Assembly (NCBI GenBank): GCA_964016885.1
Contig: OZ024742.1
Span: forward strand, 123,628,001-123,692,000
Length of the DNA stretch: 64,000 nucleotides
Reading direction: 5' to 3'
Origin: Eledone cirrhosa
Taxonomy: Eukaryota
A program made the translations under genes and the position numbers. Under the pieces are notes generated by a model. That model searched no databases and was not told the DNA's origin. It saw only the letters and a list, made by a program, of their open reading frames with translations. How positions within the stretch are numbered: the stretch's first letter is position 1; each line of letters opens with the position of its first letter. Shown here one piece after another: positions 1 to 14,589 of this stretch.

Positions 1-359
1 TACATTCTAATAGATTTTAAGGCGATTATAAGCTAATTATTTTTTTCTGCATATTTATTCAAGCATTAAACATCTGCATGTGTTGTATGTATATTCTAAT
101 AACTTCGTTGACTCTAAATTTAGCAAAACCAATACATAGGTATAGAATATGAGTTTTCAATTTGGAACTGCGATACAAAAAACATCAATATATAAAATGA
201 ATATTCTTTATTTAATGGTCCTGTATCTCCTGGTGAAGTCATATGATCGATGCAGTGACATACGCCTTTTCATGGTTATTTTAAGACTGGCGGAACCCAT
301 CCCTTCCAGGTCTGAATACAGCAAATTTATTCCAGAGAATTATAGAAAGTGAGAGAGAG

Positions 360-530
360 GAAAAATCTACCCCAATACTAGATTATTATAGACTGATATG
401 TTTTTTATCCATCTCGAATGGATGAAATGCATAGTCGATCTCGGCAGGATTTGAACTCAAAGAGCAGAAAATGGGAACGAATACCGCAAATCATTCTATC
501 TGGCGTTATAAGGACCCTGCCAATTCACAA
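360..530 (-). mobile_element. tRNA-derived SINE (family 1), degenerate
   Basis: Minus strand has box-B-like GAGTTCAAATCC followed by GCCGAGATCGACTATGCATTTCATCC; same family as 17755-17941 and 18483-18668. Confidence 0.7.
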
Positions 531-624
531 CTAACTTTTCAATCCTTATTGCCATCAAACAAGATAATTATCAGTAGTCATGGCAATAGAAATTATTCAG
601 ATGTTTATACCTGCGCATCGACGT

Positions 625-940
625 TTAATTGAAGTTTGGCCTCGGATCTGCGAGCCACACCAATGTCTCTGTGGATCCATCATGGACTGTTTTGGTCTCT
701 ACCCGCTTTCCTGTCGCCACAGTGCCGGCACCTTCCACGCCATGCTACCCTTAACGAGGTCATAAAGCTGCAGGCGTCCAGGGCTACCTCCCTACTCACC
801 ACCATAGGCGCTGAGCTGGCCAGCCGCAGGTGTGAGCCTCGCGAGTTGGAATAGCTCTTCCAGCGCATCTCCCTTACAATTCTCCGGGGGAACGCCTCCC
901 CCATTCTGCTCGCCGGGGCTGCGGGGAGGCCATCAACATG
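625..940 (+). mobile_element. CRE-clade non-LTR retrotransposon 3' fragment, internally deleted
   Basis: CLCG..DCFGLYPLSCRHSAG..RHATLNEVIK and LLTTIGAELA match the C-terminal region of the copy at 45310-46870. Confidence 0.75.
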
Positions 941-1046
941 ATTATTTAACCCTTTCATTACCATATTTCTAATGATATGCATATATTATATATCTTTCTC
1001 ACCCAAAAGTAAAATACTTCGAAATATAATATTAATAAACACATGA

Positions 1047-1262
1047 AGGTGTAAAGCTTACTGGTTAGAGAATTTTACTCGCAAACAAAGAGACTGCGAA
1101 TTCGATTCCTGGACCGGACAATGCGTTATGTTCTTGAGCAAGATACTTTATTTCTCGTTGCTGATACTACTGCCAGAAGTCGCAGCTGATAAATAGTATA
1201 CGAATGGAATGACCAATGAAAACATTGATTCCTTGGTTCGGTTTTACGATTTCCACCCCATT
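1047..1262 (+). mobile_element. tRNA-derived SINE (family 2)
   Basis: TGGTTAGAG box A, TTCGATTCC box B, then GTTCTTGAGCAAGATACTTTATTTC core shared with 47718, 51757 and 59545 copies. Confidence 0.7.
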
Positions 1263-1646
1263 TGCAAGTAAATAAGGTATGGGATCTTGTCGCTCGATTC
1301 GATTGATTGATCGATATCTATCTCGCCTAAAAATGAAATAGTTTGAAATGCAATAAAAATACACAGGTATTCCAATCGACATTTTCCAAATATCGTTTTC
1401 AATGCAATATATCGTATTACAGATGTTTCTCACTAACAGTCCAATCTCTTATTTATAATGCAGTATGCTGGATTTACCTATAAGCTATTGGTTAGAGCCA
1501 CGCACCCCCGTGGAGCCTCATTTATAAAAATATATTTTTATTTCATCATTAGGTCATCTTTCTTTGACACATAAACACACACACACACACGCACGCACAC
1601 ACATACACGCACACACACGCACACACACGCACGCACACACACACAC

Positions 1647-1686
<40 letters not shown>

Positions 1687-2929
1687 TATTATTTATCCTT
1701 TACATTAAAATTTAAAAAAATAATCAGGTATAGTTATTTCAAAGTTTGTTTACCTGATATTTTTTAGAGAAGGGTCTCAAATTTTATAAAGCTTATGGCC
1801 TCAGCAGGTGAAAGTCTGTCCTTGATAATGCAGTATAACAGTAAATGTTTCCGGACACAAGCTGTTGCTTATCTTATATTAGAATTACATATCATGTTAG
1901 ATATAACGTATGGGGTAATATTTGATTTCTTCCGTAATACCTTTCTGTTTTTAAATATGAATAAAAAATAAAAATAAACCAAAGTCATTCCAAAATGTGT
2001 AAATAGACAAGTTCATGTAGTTGCAATGCATGTTCTAAATAGTGCTCGTTTTCAGACACATCAATATTAAGTGGGTTAGATTTTCCTAATAAGTAATCTA
2101 ATTATAGCCCTCTGTGTATATGTGCAAAGTAAAACACCACTCGACCTTTGTTTCTTTCCCAAAGCATCCCCTTGCAAAAACATAACTGTAACTGGGTGTA
2201 TACATCTTCAAGTAAAAAGGACTCAGTATCGACCACTGAGTTAGATATAATCTTTATATAATATTTAAGAAATGCACTCTTAATAAACATTCATGCGAAA
2301 CCCTAAGCCTGAATTCTCAGACAGAGCTAGCCATCATAAACAGTCATTGGCTTTACAATCTTCGGACGTCTAAAGATCCAAAATGATGTTGTCTCTGAAC
2401 GTTCAGACTAAATAATTAGCAGGGACTTAAGTAACATTTTATTTCTTAAATATTTTATAAAAAAGAAGTTATATACATCAAATTGAAACGAACAGTCTTT
2501 CTTATTTTAGTAAGCATTTTGCGAATCAATATCGTGTTATTTTTAGATATATACCATCCGTAAAATCTCCTCCATTATCTTTTGTAAATGTATTCCATTT
2601 ACATAAGCAGTGAATTAGAAGAGGCGTTAGAAGGTCAGATGGAGGTCATTTTTGCCTTTCATCCATTCGAGATCGATGAAATAAGTTCCACCCTGGTACT
2701 GGGATCGAAGTTTCCTCTGTACATATTTCAAACTATCGTTCTCTCACTCTGTATCCTTCTCTAGAAGGAATCTTCGGTATTCAGACTTGGAGAGGAGATG
2801 GGCTCCACCAGGAGTTACGGATCCACACATACATTCCATCTGACACTATGTTTATGTATGTCTCTGTATAAATATTCTTAACATGTTGATAGGAAACAGG
2901 TGACTAGATCATTTTCAACCTTCTTTTTT

Positions 2930-3180
2930 TTTATGTTAACTTTATCACATGGATTTGGTATAAATTTATCACATGGATTTTGTAGAGGTCTGAACAAATG
3001 ATAATCAGAAAGAATTGGGCCAGGAAAATATGGAGGGTAAAAGAGTTTTTCAATCAGACTTTCGATAGGAGGTACATAGCTGCCTCTTTAGTATCACGAG
3101 AGGCATTATCATGTTGGAGAATGAGTTCGTTTCTGTTCGATAAAGTTATGCATTAGTTTGTCCAAAGCTCTGCAAAAATT
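2930..3180 (-). mobile_element. Tc1/mariner transposase relic
   Basis: Minus strand reads LILQHDNAS and PYFPGPILSDYHLFR, matching mariner HDNA and PYSPDLAPSDYHLF motifs. Confidence 0.6.
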
Positions 3181-4384
3181 AATTATTTTCTGGAGTTACA
3201 ACCGGTAGATAGTATCAGCAATGAACACACTAACGGAGACATTGTTTGCTTGGTCCGATTTGACGCGATCCACCCCACCTGGTAAGCTAATGAGGCCTGG
3301 GAACTTATCGATCAATCTCTCTCTATGATAACTTTAATAGTATGAAAATTGGTACGTACTTCCCTGAGTAATATTAGATTTATCAGGTCTTAGAAAGCCA
3401 CAAGATGTATCTTTCTTGCGATTGTTTGGTGTGCATAGTTTCTGATGAAAGTCCCAATTAATGTCAACAGTTGATTAAGAATAAACATTACATACACATA
3501 TTTACACGCACACATATATTGTTTCTCTCATTTCTGTCCTTAATTTCATAACATCAGGTACGCAGAATGTGTTTCCTTTTCATATATTTGCTGGTATAAG
3601 GTGCCTAATATTTTATCTCATCAAATTCATTTTTTTATATTCGACCATGTTGAAGAAATATTAGATTCTATGTGCTCATATGATTCTTCACTGATATAAA
3701 TATTAGATCCCTACATTAAGGCTTCATGCAATGTCTTTATATTCTGAATATAAATAACTTTCATCTTTTACACATGTCTGATTTGTAATGTGAAATATGA
3801 AGAATCATTAGCATGGTGTTATGCAAAACAACATATCAGTTTAATTCACATGTTTTAAACTATTCCTCGGTCTCACAATCTTCTAAAGGATATCCGGAAA
3901 TACTTAATGCATTTGGGGGGAATTGCACATTTTAATTCATAATAATTGAGAAAGCGAATTACATTTTACATTTCAGTATTTGGGCTATCTTTTATTTTCT
4001 GTTTGGAGTTATAAATGTAGAAAAGTGTTTGTAATACTTGTAAAATTAGTACAATATACATTTACTATATAATCAAAATATTTACTTGCTCGCAAAAAGC
4101 TCTAAGAATGGAAATAAATATGAAATATAACAAATGTCGATGAATTCACTGAAAGCATTTTCTATGTAAAAAGAAAAAAAACATTTTTAAGGCTTAATTT
4201 ATTTTTACTAAATGTAAAAGTATTAGTTGAATAGTAAATGTGGAGGTGATAGAAAAATGGATAAACTATTTCTCTACACGTTCGTGCAATAACGTATCCA
4301 AAGTGATACATGCATGTGTTGTTCCGTAACTCCTGAAGGTGTTGTAGGGGCACCGTAGTCGTAGTGACATACGGTGTGTCTAGG

Positions 4385-4600
4385 GCATTTTAAGACCTGG
4401 CGAAGCACTTCTCCTTCCTGAGAATGGAAGCTAGACAGAGATATAGAAGAATCGACCCTAGTAAGTTTTTACCAACAGCAAATGGATGAAAAGCAAAATG
4501 GACGTCAGTGATATTTAAAGTCAGATACTCGAAAGTCGAAACGAATAACGCAAAGCATTCTATCCGACATTCTAACGACTCGGCCAGTTTACCACCTTTA
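4385..4600 (-). mobile_element. tRNA-derived SINE (family 1), degenerate
   Basis: Minus strand: TGGCCGAGTCGTTAGAATG head and TTTTGCTTTTCATCCATTTG core. Confidence 0.6.
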
Positions 4601-5194
4601 TCCAATGTGAAAAATTCAAATACAATTTTCTTGGCAGAAAATTGCCTTAGTTCACATAATAATGTGAATCACGACTAAAATCTTTATTGTAATAATAACG
4701 AAGAGAGCTTATGGGTCTCCATTAGTTTAATTTTCAGGGATGCAAACATCTGACATTTCATATAAAGGTCATAGGAGAGTGTGGCCAAGCACTGGGTAAG
4801 TGAAGATAACAAGTTTGTGAAATGATATGGTCTGAATGTAACTGAAATGATACCTAGAGAGAGATGTATGCGGTGTTAAGTCAAGAGTCTGAGAGTTATT
4901 TAGGGTGTGGGCATAAGATGTTAGGTCTCAGTAACATAGGTTATTGATGAGAGGGGTTATGTGATGTAACATTCTTTCCAGCATAGATCTTCATTAGTTT
5001 CATTATGTTCTGGTATACACCTTAATTTATAATAAACCAAGGAAGATACAGCTCCAGTCAGATTATCTATACACTATCCAGATTGCTGTATCAATATGAA
5101 CAGCATCCAAATATTATCGAACGATAATATTAGAAATATTAAAAACATAATGGTGTTTGGTGGCAAAAGAAATTATGAAAGTGAATAATATGGC

Positions 5195-5450
5195 GTATAC
5201 AAAACTCATATTTACACTAAAAATGTTGATTCTGAACAGAAGTTAGACAATTTATATTGAAGCACTAAAACAAAGGAACACCGTAGAACCGTTAACCGTT
5301 ATATTACACATTTTCCTCACTTCAAACCCGAGGGAATGCCAGAAACAAAGTCGCCAGAATCATTGCTATATAATCAAGAATTAGTCAAATGAGAATAGAA
5401 AATTTAAGAAGAACCAAATGAGAAAGCGAAAGGAGTATAGATATCTTGAT
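5195..5450 (+). mobile_element. Ancient Penelope-like RT thumb remnant
   Basis: YKTHIYTKNVDSEQKL..ARIIAI resembles the PLE YxKxTDxxxYL..RI motif; frameshifted. Confidence 0.35.
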
Positions 5451-6587
5451 TAAAGCAATGTGTGCCTTTACATTTATACTTGCGCATTAAGTGTTCAGGC
5501 GTTGGTGAACGTTTGTATAATTCCGATGTTCAAATAACTTTGCTTTATCATTTCTTTTGATTCTGAAAGACACAATCTTAAGTATTGAATGTTGCATGAA
5601 TATAATAGATATATGATGTAGCCTTGTTGAAACTGTTTAAGAACGATTTACAGATCAATACACATTTTGATTTGAAGGATTTCAAAGAAAAATGAAGCCA
5701 CTTTATATTTAACATTACGCTCAGATACTTTGATTTAATGGAAAACATGTTAAGTTATACTTCCTGCAGTATTAAGATATATAGGTATGTAAACTAGGCT
5801 TTTCAACTGAGAGTAAGTAGAGTTAGATTTCCCAAACTGGAGAGAGCAAGCTACTCCTAGAGTATATTGCACACCGGATTACTTGATATATAAGAGTAAT
5901 CCGATGGCTTATTTGCCTAATAATCATATGAACATCTCAAACCGAAGTTTCGCACACACAAAATATATAAACACTAAATTATTCTTGTACGAGTACCGAG
6001 TGAGTAAACGTCACAGATGACGGACAACAATCCCAAAACACGCGTCTGATGTTTTCATGCGATTAATGGGATTGCTGTGACATGATCGTAGATTAAAACA
6101 TTCACAAAATTACACAAACAAATGAACCTCCATTTTCAAAAGATCATACAGTTCACAGAGTCATTTATGGCCATAAAACACAACCGGGCATATACAAACT
6201 GTCCCGAAGACTACTATATACGTACACACATACATCCAAACAAAATAATCACCCTGTCTCGAAAGCTACAATATTCGCACCTACATACATTCAAACAACA
6301 CACTATCCAGTAGACTACTCAATACGTACACATATATACATTCAAACAACACATGCACATTGTCCCGAAGACTACTAGATATTTTCACTCATATACAGCC
6401 AAACAACATATACATACACTCTCGCCACATAATCACTAATTAACCGTCATCTCTTTCGTTACTCACACTAAACAAAACACATAGTTTCATACAATCCTCT
6501 TCCCTGGTCATTTTCCTATGACGTCGTCTTTACGAGCTGCTTACCACTTTGTCATTTTCTATCCCTCTCTCCTACCTGAAGAAAAGC

Positions 6588-6815
6588 TTCTTTTTCTTCT
6601 TCTTCTTCTTCTTCTTCTTCTTCTTCTTCTTCTTCTTCTTCACCCACTTAATCCTGAGAGGGTCATGTGGGTTGTAGGGACCTCAAACTCCCCTTCCAGT
6701 AGGTCCTGTCAAGAGCAACCAGTTCCAACTCATCCGGTTGGATCCATAAGTGAGACTAGCCAAATTTCATGGATGTTATCCAACAATCTTTCTCTGGGTC
6801 TCCAGTTGGTTGGTT
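6588..6815 (-). mobile_element. RTE-clade LINE 3' end with (GAA)n tail
   Basis: KPTNWRPRERLLDNI C-terminal motif, similar to 40440-41060 and 53985-54410; (CTT)n run at about 6593-6640. Confidence 0.6.
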
Positions 6816-6917
6816 TTATATATATATATATATATATGCACACACACACACATACATTCACACACACCCCACACACATATATATTATATATATATATATC
6901 ATACAAACACACACATT

Positions 6918-6968
<51 letters not shown>

Positions 6969-7616
6969 TTATTATATGCATGTAATATATACACACACAT
7001 ACGTAATGTCTCGCTTTGTGGTTCTGTCTATCCCTCCTTCGAGTGATTTAGATTCTAGTTTATATAGCACGTTCATACACATTTGGAAGCATCGTAATAG
7101 ACACTTTCATGTCTCATAGAGCTATATTGGCTAAAAAAAGTAGCACTTGAGTTTTACTGCCCTGAGTCTACATACCAAATCGTATTGATGCTATCAAACA
7201 GTTTTTCTGCAAGATAATGTCTTCATTAACAATTATATGACATCCATAGATTTGTATCTTGTAGGTATTTTTTTCTGCATGGCTTAGTTTTACAAAATTA
7301 ATGTACTAAAACTGGGGCAGTTTAAAACTCTAAATACTTTTAATATATATAAAAGAAAATATATTGCGTTATGACGCATAATAAATGCAGCCTCTAGCGT
7401 GATGTCTCATATAATGTTTGATGTTTAAAACAATACAATGTTGAATAAAAATACGAATTCTTCTTCATTTTTTATGGCATAGAACTGAAGTTTCTTGTCA
7501 GGTATTTTCTACAAATATATTTATATTTATGCAAAACGGAAACCGAAATTTCAAAGGAAACAGCGCAGTACAATGAAGAAATATATTATATTCATGCTTG
7601 ATAAAGTAAGAAAAGT

Positions 7617-7652
7617 GTTTATGTTTCGAACACCAGTCCTTCATCAGAAGAT
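7617..7652 (-). ncRNA. Minimal type I hammerhead-like motif, degenerate (PLE terminus)
   Basis: Minus strand tctt-CTGATGA-AGGACTGGTGTTC-GAAAC; paralogue of 8373-8408. Confidence 0.5.
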
Positions 7653-8372
7653 AGAGTGAGAATACAAGATAAAATAGAAAGATAGGGAGTTAGAAAAGGA
7701 AGAAATGGAATAATAAATTAGAGAAATATGTGTGTATTCAGTCTGCCATTATGTGTGTATTCAGTCTGCATATTGTTACAACGTTATCACGTTCGTTTCT
7801 TGCGAGATATATATCCGAATATATATAACGACTATCCTGAATTACTCGATGTTCTAAAGTATCAATCTATTCGCCTTAGAATATAATATAGAATATAATA
7901 TCGAATGTATTGACCTAGATACACATATAATCCAATATATAGTCATATTTGTTTTCTGAACTACCTTTTTTTCAGATTTTTTTGAAAATATACAAAAGGC
8001 AACTCAAGAAGAATGAATAGAATTAGAAAATTGGAGTTCAGGCATGTTTATCAATTAATGTAAACGTTTAATAGAGAATGCACAAACAAACATATAAAAA
8101 ATAAATAATATATGTACCCATAGTCAGACATATACACACGTACAAACACACACGCACACACACCCACACTCATATATATATGTGTGTGTGTCTGAGGGGG
8201 GGGGGGGGATACCAACCAAACAGTTAGTGTGTTCTGTTATTATTTCTGGCAATATTATAACAAAACAATATATATATATGTGTATGCAAAAGATAAACAG
8301 AAATAACAACACAATCGGTACAGTATATGGAAGGTATATATTAGGTTAATGCTTGATATAACAAAAATATCG

Positions 8373-8408
8373 TCTTAATGTTTCGGACGCTAGTCCTTCA
8401 TCAGAAGA
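8373..8408 (-). ncRNA. Minimal type I hammerhead ribozyme
   Basis: Minus strand tctt-CTGATGA-A-GGAC tagc GTCC-GAAA-CA-TT-aaga; stems I and II pair. Confidence 0.65.
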
Positions 8409-9010
8409 AAGAATGAGAAATAAAATAGATTGAGGGAACGGACGGGATGATATATATATTTAGATGAAGAAGAATCGAAGTCAGTGTTGCAGCATAAGTA
8501 CAAACTTTATTGGCATATTACAGTTATATCGATATCGAGCAGGTCAGTACTAACTAACATATATAACCTTTACTATAAACGTAACGAACTAATTCTATAT
8601 TCGATTCCTATTGGTGCCTCTGTCCACATCTATCCGTCTCTGGGTATATTTTATCCGATTTTTATTCGATTATGTATAGCGATTGACTGTTATAACCTAT
8701 TTTCTGTATTTGGGATTCTCACATTTTCATATATTAGTGAGGCTGTCGCATCTAAACTGACACTGATTCACTGATATATAACATGACTGATGTGTAGCAA
8801 TGTGAGGGAAAACATCGAAGTTTAAAGCTTCGACAAAGGATGTATAAAATTGCAAGAGAGGGGAGATTTCTTGGATAGATAGCTGGTCACTTGAATCCTT
8901 CTACATATATGTCGTTATGAAATTTGAGGCCACTATTTTCTATAAATATATAAAGCTTAACAAAAATTATGAGCATATTTTCTTACTTCTCTCTTTCTTT
9001 TTCTCTCTTC

Positions 9011-9042
<32 letters not shown>

Positions 9043-9104
9043 CTCTCCCTCTCTCTAATTTGTACACTATTGATATAGATAATACATCTGACGATTTGGG
9101 CCAA

Positions 9105-10960
9105 AAATAGGAATTTTATTATGGTTAAAAATAGGAATATTTTATAACCCCAACTACATGAACCTAGATAGTTTAGGAAAGCACTCTCTGGATGAAGTTC
9201 CCTAGGCGCACGCCACCTCGTGGTCCCAAAAGACAGATTAGCGAAAGTGTTATCCTGTAAAATATCTTTCTTTATTTGCCAGAGGGGCGTACAGAAATGG
9301 GGCATTATAAGACATGACGGCGGGGGCTTTACATACAAATCATATAACTTTGACATTAACAAATAACAATAAACTATATATAATAAAATAACAATTGCAA
9401 GGTTGTTTTACACCCCGTGGATAGAACACCCCGTGGGAAGTACAGCCCTCAACACCAGGAACACGTTTTGTAGGTGGTCCCGTCTTCCCTCTGTTTATCT
9501 TCCTAAACCTACAGGTTTTTGTACAGAGAAGGACCATTCACTCGGGTCATTTTCGCCACATTCAGCCACCTTTCAGTGAATTTATTGGGGTGTAGCACCT
9601 CTCTCTCCACTCTCACCTTCTTTCTGAAGTGGTATTTAAAGAAGATGATAAGTTGTCCGGAGAGAAAGGTGTTTTCCCTCACTCCTTTTAACCTCGTCCA
9701 CCATATTACCCAATCGCCGTAGCCACCAGAGGGAGGAAAATCGCCTCTTCTTCATTCTTAAATGTAGGCGGCAGGTTGATCCTCATGATGGATTCGATGG
9801 ACGACTAGATGCGTCCCACACGTGACAGTAGCTGTTCGACAAAATTCCACAGGTCGGTCACCCATGGGTACTGAACAATTGCGTGCAGAACGGTTTCGAT
9901 GTCCTGCTCGCATCTTGGACAGGTGCTTTTGGCAGGATCTCTGCCAGGGCGTCCGTGCCTGTAGATTTTGTCTCGAACTGGTAGAGCTCCTCGGTAGCAT
10001 TGCCAGGTCAGAGACCTCTGAAAGTTATCCATGGGGCCTTGACGGAAAGTCCTCCCGAACAGACTGGTCAGTTCATCCTTCTCAATGACTAGAGTTTCCT
10101 CGAAAACATCACCGCACTTATCCTCCACTAATCCCCTATAGCATGTCGAAGTGGAGTGTCGCTGATTGCTGTTTCCGCTTGGTAGAGGGCTGTGAGCACT
10201 TGAAGGCACTCGAGGCGCCAGGCACCCATTTTCGGTCTTCGCTTCACCTAGAACTGCAGCTCGGTTAGTGAGACGAGTTGTGGAAGAGCTTGTCTCACAA
10301 ACGACAGCCACACGGGTTCACCGGTCAGGAATACCTGGAGATGGCGTAGCCTCAGCGCATGTTTGCGCATCATCAGCCACGGCATTCCCAGCCCTCCGTT
10401 AGAAGGGTGTTGACAGTAGATCGATCTCCTCACCAATGGAGCCTGTTTCTTGCAGAGGAACTTGAAGAGTAGGCGTTCCATTTTGGTGAGGTATTCGCGG
10501 GAATAAGGCACGGCGGTCAAGCGGTAGTAGATGACGGACGCTATGTAAGTATTCGCCACCTCCACTCGACCTTTCAAGGAGTGTTTGCACTCAGCCCACT
10601 TCTGGGTGAGTGCAAACACCTTCGTTGTGACCTCGTTCCAGTTCTTGTCCACCAGGAGGTCTGGACCAAACCAGACCCCGAGCAATTTCACCGGTCCTTC
10701 CGTCTAGCATCCAACGTCACTGGCGGACGGCATGGGTTTGCCTCTCTATGTGCCGAGATACAAACTGACAGACTTGTTTGGCTTTAGTCTTGCTCCTGTC
10801 AACGTTTCATATTCCTGTAATAGTTTGCCGATTACCCCGATTGCCTAGATTTTCGACACCATTACGGTTATGTTGTCGGCATAGGCTGACGCTGCTTTCC
10901 GCAGTCCTGGTTCGATCGGGATGCACTGCAACAGCAGCAACTTCCGCAGTAACGGCTCGA
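9105..10960 (-). mobile_element. L1/Tx1-clade LINE, 5'-truncated, ORF2 broken
   Basis: SAYADNIT RT motif, KLLGVWFG, GRVEVANTYIASVIYY, GGLGMP, and zf-RVT-like CPRCEQDIETVLHA (ORFs 10248-10691, 9805-10311). Confidence 0.9.
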
Positions 10961-11287
10961 GAGTCAGTATATACAGAATGGAGGAGAGAGGGCATATGTG
11001 TTTTTCTCAGAGAACCACCAATACGCAGAGAGTACCAACAAGTACAGCTAAGTATCAGTTTAGTCAAGCATTGCTATGGGATTGGCCTGCATATATATAT
11101 ATATATATACACACACCCACACACGCCCCCCCCATTTATATATGAATAAAAAGAAAAAGATAAAAACCTATATATACATAACCACATATATATATATATA
11201 TATATGTATGTGTTTGTGTGTGCGCGTGTGTGTCTCTCTATACATATGCCCACACACACATATATATTTCATATATATATGTGTGTG

Positions 11288-11348
<61 letters not shown>

Positions 11349-11353
<5 letters not shown>

Positions 11354-13716
11354 AGTAAGTAAGACCCCGACGGCTGAGCTCAAGCCGTGTCGACGGCTAA
11401 TTCTGTACTGAATGAAAAATCAGTTCTGGTATTTAAATAGCCGAACTTGTCAAGGGGCAATTCCAAATATGGTCAAAGAGATAATCACCAGGATTGGTCA
11501 TCCTGCAAGGTAGTAGTAATTCTGCAATGGCAAGTTAGTGGGGGAGGTAGCCAAACCTGCCAGTAGGAGAGAAGGGGAGAGGGGGCGGAGTAGACCCATT
11601 CATGCGTTGGTGGTGCCAGCTACAGCTGGGTGTGAGGTCAAAGAGGACGCCGGGGGAGGAGGTCAAAACGGTAAGTAGAACGATGAAAATGTAAAACTGT
11701 AAAAGGTACTGAGAGAGAAAAGAAATATAAGCAGAATCTGGTTTCTAAGACTTAATTCTCTCGCTATTGCTAGGCTGAAGAAATACATAAATAAATAAAT
11801 AAGAAATACATAAATAATATTCCACATAAGTAAATAGGAAATACAAAAATAATATTCCATATAAGTGAATAAGAAATACATAAAGAATATTCCACATAAG
11901 TAAATAAGAAATACATGAATAATATTCCACATAAGTAAATAAGAAATACATAAGTAATATTCCACATAAGTAAATAAGAAATACGTAAATAATATTCCAC
12001 ATAAGTAAATAAGAAATACATAAGTAATATTCCACATAAGTAAATAAGAAATACGTAAATAATATTCCACATAAGTAAATAAGAAATACATAAGTAATAT
12101 TCCACATAAGTAAATAAGAAATACGTAAATAATATTCCACATAAGTAAATAAGAAATACATAAGTAATATTCCACATAAGTAAATAAGAAATACGTAAAT
12201 AATATTCCACAAGAAAAACATAAATGGGTAAATAAACAAATAAGTGAGTAAATAAGAAATACGTAAATAATATTCCACATAAGTAAATAAGAAATACATA
12301 AGTAATATTCCACATAAGTAAATAAGAAATACGTAAATAATATTCCACAAGAAAAACATAAATGGGTAAATAACAAATAAGTGAGTAAAAGGATGGATAG
12401 ATAGATTTAAAAAAAAAAAAATATATATATATATATAATGTAGAATAAAAAGAAATAGAAAACAAATGATAATGATAGAAAAAAACCTAGGTGTGACGGA
12501 CATAAAGGGACCCTTATGCGTGGTATAAGTGCGAGTATCGTACGGTGACGGGTCAACAGAGGGGGTGGGAGGGGGGTCGGAATACTACAGAGACCACCAC
12601 GAAAAAAAATAAATAAATAACGGTTTCTACCCCAAACACCAGGCCAGCAACCACCCAGTGCAAGAAAGTAGACTAGTACGAGAATATAATTCAGGGTCCC
12701 GCAAAAAAAAATACAGGTGCTAACTCTAAGGGTACCGCCACGAAACAAAATGTCTTATACAAGCTACATGAAAAGTCGTACGAATTAAAAATAAAGAACG
12801 GAAAATTAATACAGGAAAAAGGGAGAAAAGGGAAAAAGGGAAAAAGAAGAAAGAGATACTGGATCGCTAAAAAAAAGTGTAAAAGAAGATCTTCCGTCTC
12901 CATAGGCAAGCAGGGGTTACCCATTACAAAATAGGCAAGTGGGGTGTTATAGGCTACCCCCCCCCCCCCCCGGGTCATTATGGGGTTTGAGGGCGAGGTA
13001 GGTCCTACGTAATCGGTGTTTACATGCAGTAACCAGTTCATCTTTCTTGTTAAAGAGTTGGTCCGTCGAAAACAGCATTTGTAATGTTTCCTCCGAGCAT
13101 AAATTGCACGGACGGCGTCCTCCCGTGTAGGAGTTGGCTCTGTATAGTAATTTCCAAGTGAGATCCTAGTTGATGTTGTTGTCCTTGAGGTCCCATATGT
13201 GGCCCGAAAGTGTAGTGGCGTGACGCCGGGCCGGGTTTCGGAAGGTATGTCCGTGTTGGTATAGCCGGGTCTTGAAGTCGCAAGCGGTCAATCCTATATA
13301 AGCTTTGTTGGAGGTGTCCGTGCTCACGTTGCACTGGTGGATCAAATTACGGTCTCTGCATCTGTTGTCGAGGGGGCAACCTGATCTATCCGGACAGTTG
13401 CACCTCCTGGTCGGCTCTCCACTGCTATTTGGGTTGTTTCTTCCATCGGCGTTGAGTTTTTTGTTGTTGGAGGAGACGATGTTTTGTGCGAAGTTAGGTG
13501 TAGTGCTGTAAGAGAGTTTGATGGTATTTTTGTTAATTATGTTGCGATAGCGGTGTTGTGGTGGGAAGTGTTTTTCTATGAGCCTAAAGAAAATTTTCCC
13601 GATGGGAGTTGTCACCTCAGCGTTGTGGGGAGGATTCAACCATGTTGCATTTCGTGAGCGGCGGTGTCGCCTGGTGGTTCCGCTAATGGGAGCTGGACAG
13701 TAGGATATTTCCTCCC
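11349..13716 (-). mobile_element. Penelope-like element (Hydra-type GIY-YIG endonuclease), left arm of an inverted insertion
   Basis: ORF 13166-13783: HFPPQHRYRNIINKNTIKLSYS..CNCPDRSGCPLDNRC..YIGLT..FKTRLYQH..LSGHIWDLKD; long 3' region; bordered by (TA)n. Confidence 0.9.
11790..12390. repeat. 35-bp minisatellite with alternating variants, inside the PLE 3' region
   Basis: Unit AAGAAATAC(A/G)TAA(G/A)TAATATTCCACATAAGTAAAT; shorter inverted array at 14590-14912. Confidence 0.95.
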
Positions 13717-14530
13717 GGGCCACATATGGGACCTCAAGGACAACAAGGGCCACATATGGGACCTCAAGGACAACAAGGGCCACATATGGGACCTCAAGGA
13801 CAACAACATCAACTATGACCTCACTTGGAAATTACTATCCAGAGCCAACTCCTACACGGGAGGACGCCGTCCGTGCAATTTATGCTCGGAGGAAACATTA
13901 CAAATGCTGTTTTCGACGGACCAACTCCTTAACAAGAAAGATTAACTGGTTACTGCATGTAAACACCGATTACGTAGGACCTACCTCGCCCTCAAACCCC
14001 ATAATGACCCCTTAGCCTATAACACCCTACTTGCTTATTTTGTAATGGGTAACCCCTGTTTGCCTATGGAGACGTAAGATCTTCTTTTACACTTTTTTTA
14101 TCGATCCAGTATCTCTTTCTTCTTTTTCCCTTTTTCCCTTTTCTCCCTTTTTCCTGTATTAATTTTCCGTTCTTTATTTTTAATTCGTACGACTTTTCAT
14201 GTAGCTTGTATAAGACATTTTGTTTCGTGGCGGTACCCTTAGAGTTAGCACCTGTATTTTTTTTTGCGGGACCCTGAATTATATTCTCGTACTAGTCTAC
14301 TTTCTTGCACTGGGTGGTTGCTGGTCCGGTGTTTGGGGTAGAAACCGTTATTTATTATTTTTTTTTTCGTGGTGGTCTCTGTAGTATTCCGACCCCCCTC
14401 CCACCCCCTCTGTTGACCCGTCACCGTACGATGCTCGCACTTATACCCCGCATAAGGGTCCCTTTATCTCCGTCACACCTAGGTTTTTTTTCTATCATTA
14501 TCATTTGTTTTCTATTTCTTTTTATTCTAC

Positions 14531-14562
<32 letters not shown>

Positions 14563-14589
14563 AAAAATCTATCTATCCATCCTTTTACT

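Noticed and set aside
7965-8045. Candidate upstream host exon after TTTTTTTTCAG
   Set aside because: No convincing reading frame, donor site or CARP similarity
11790-12390. CRISPR-like 35-bp periodicity
   Set aside because: Contiguous repeats with no unique spacers, no cas genes, eukaryotic context
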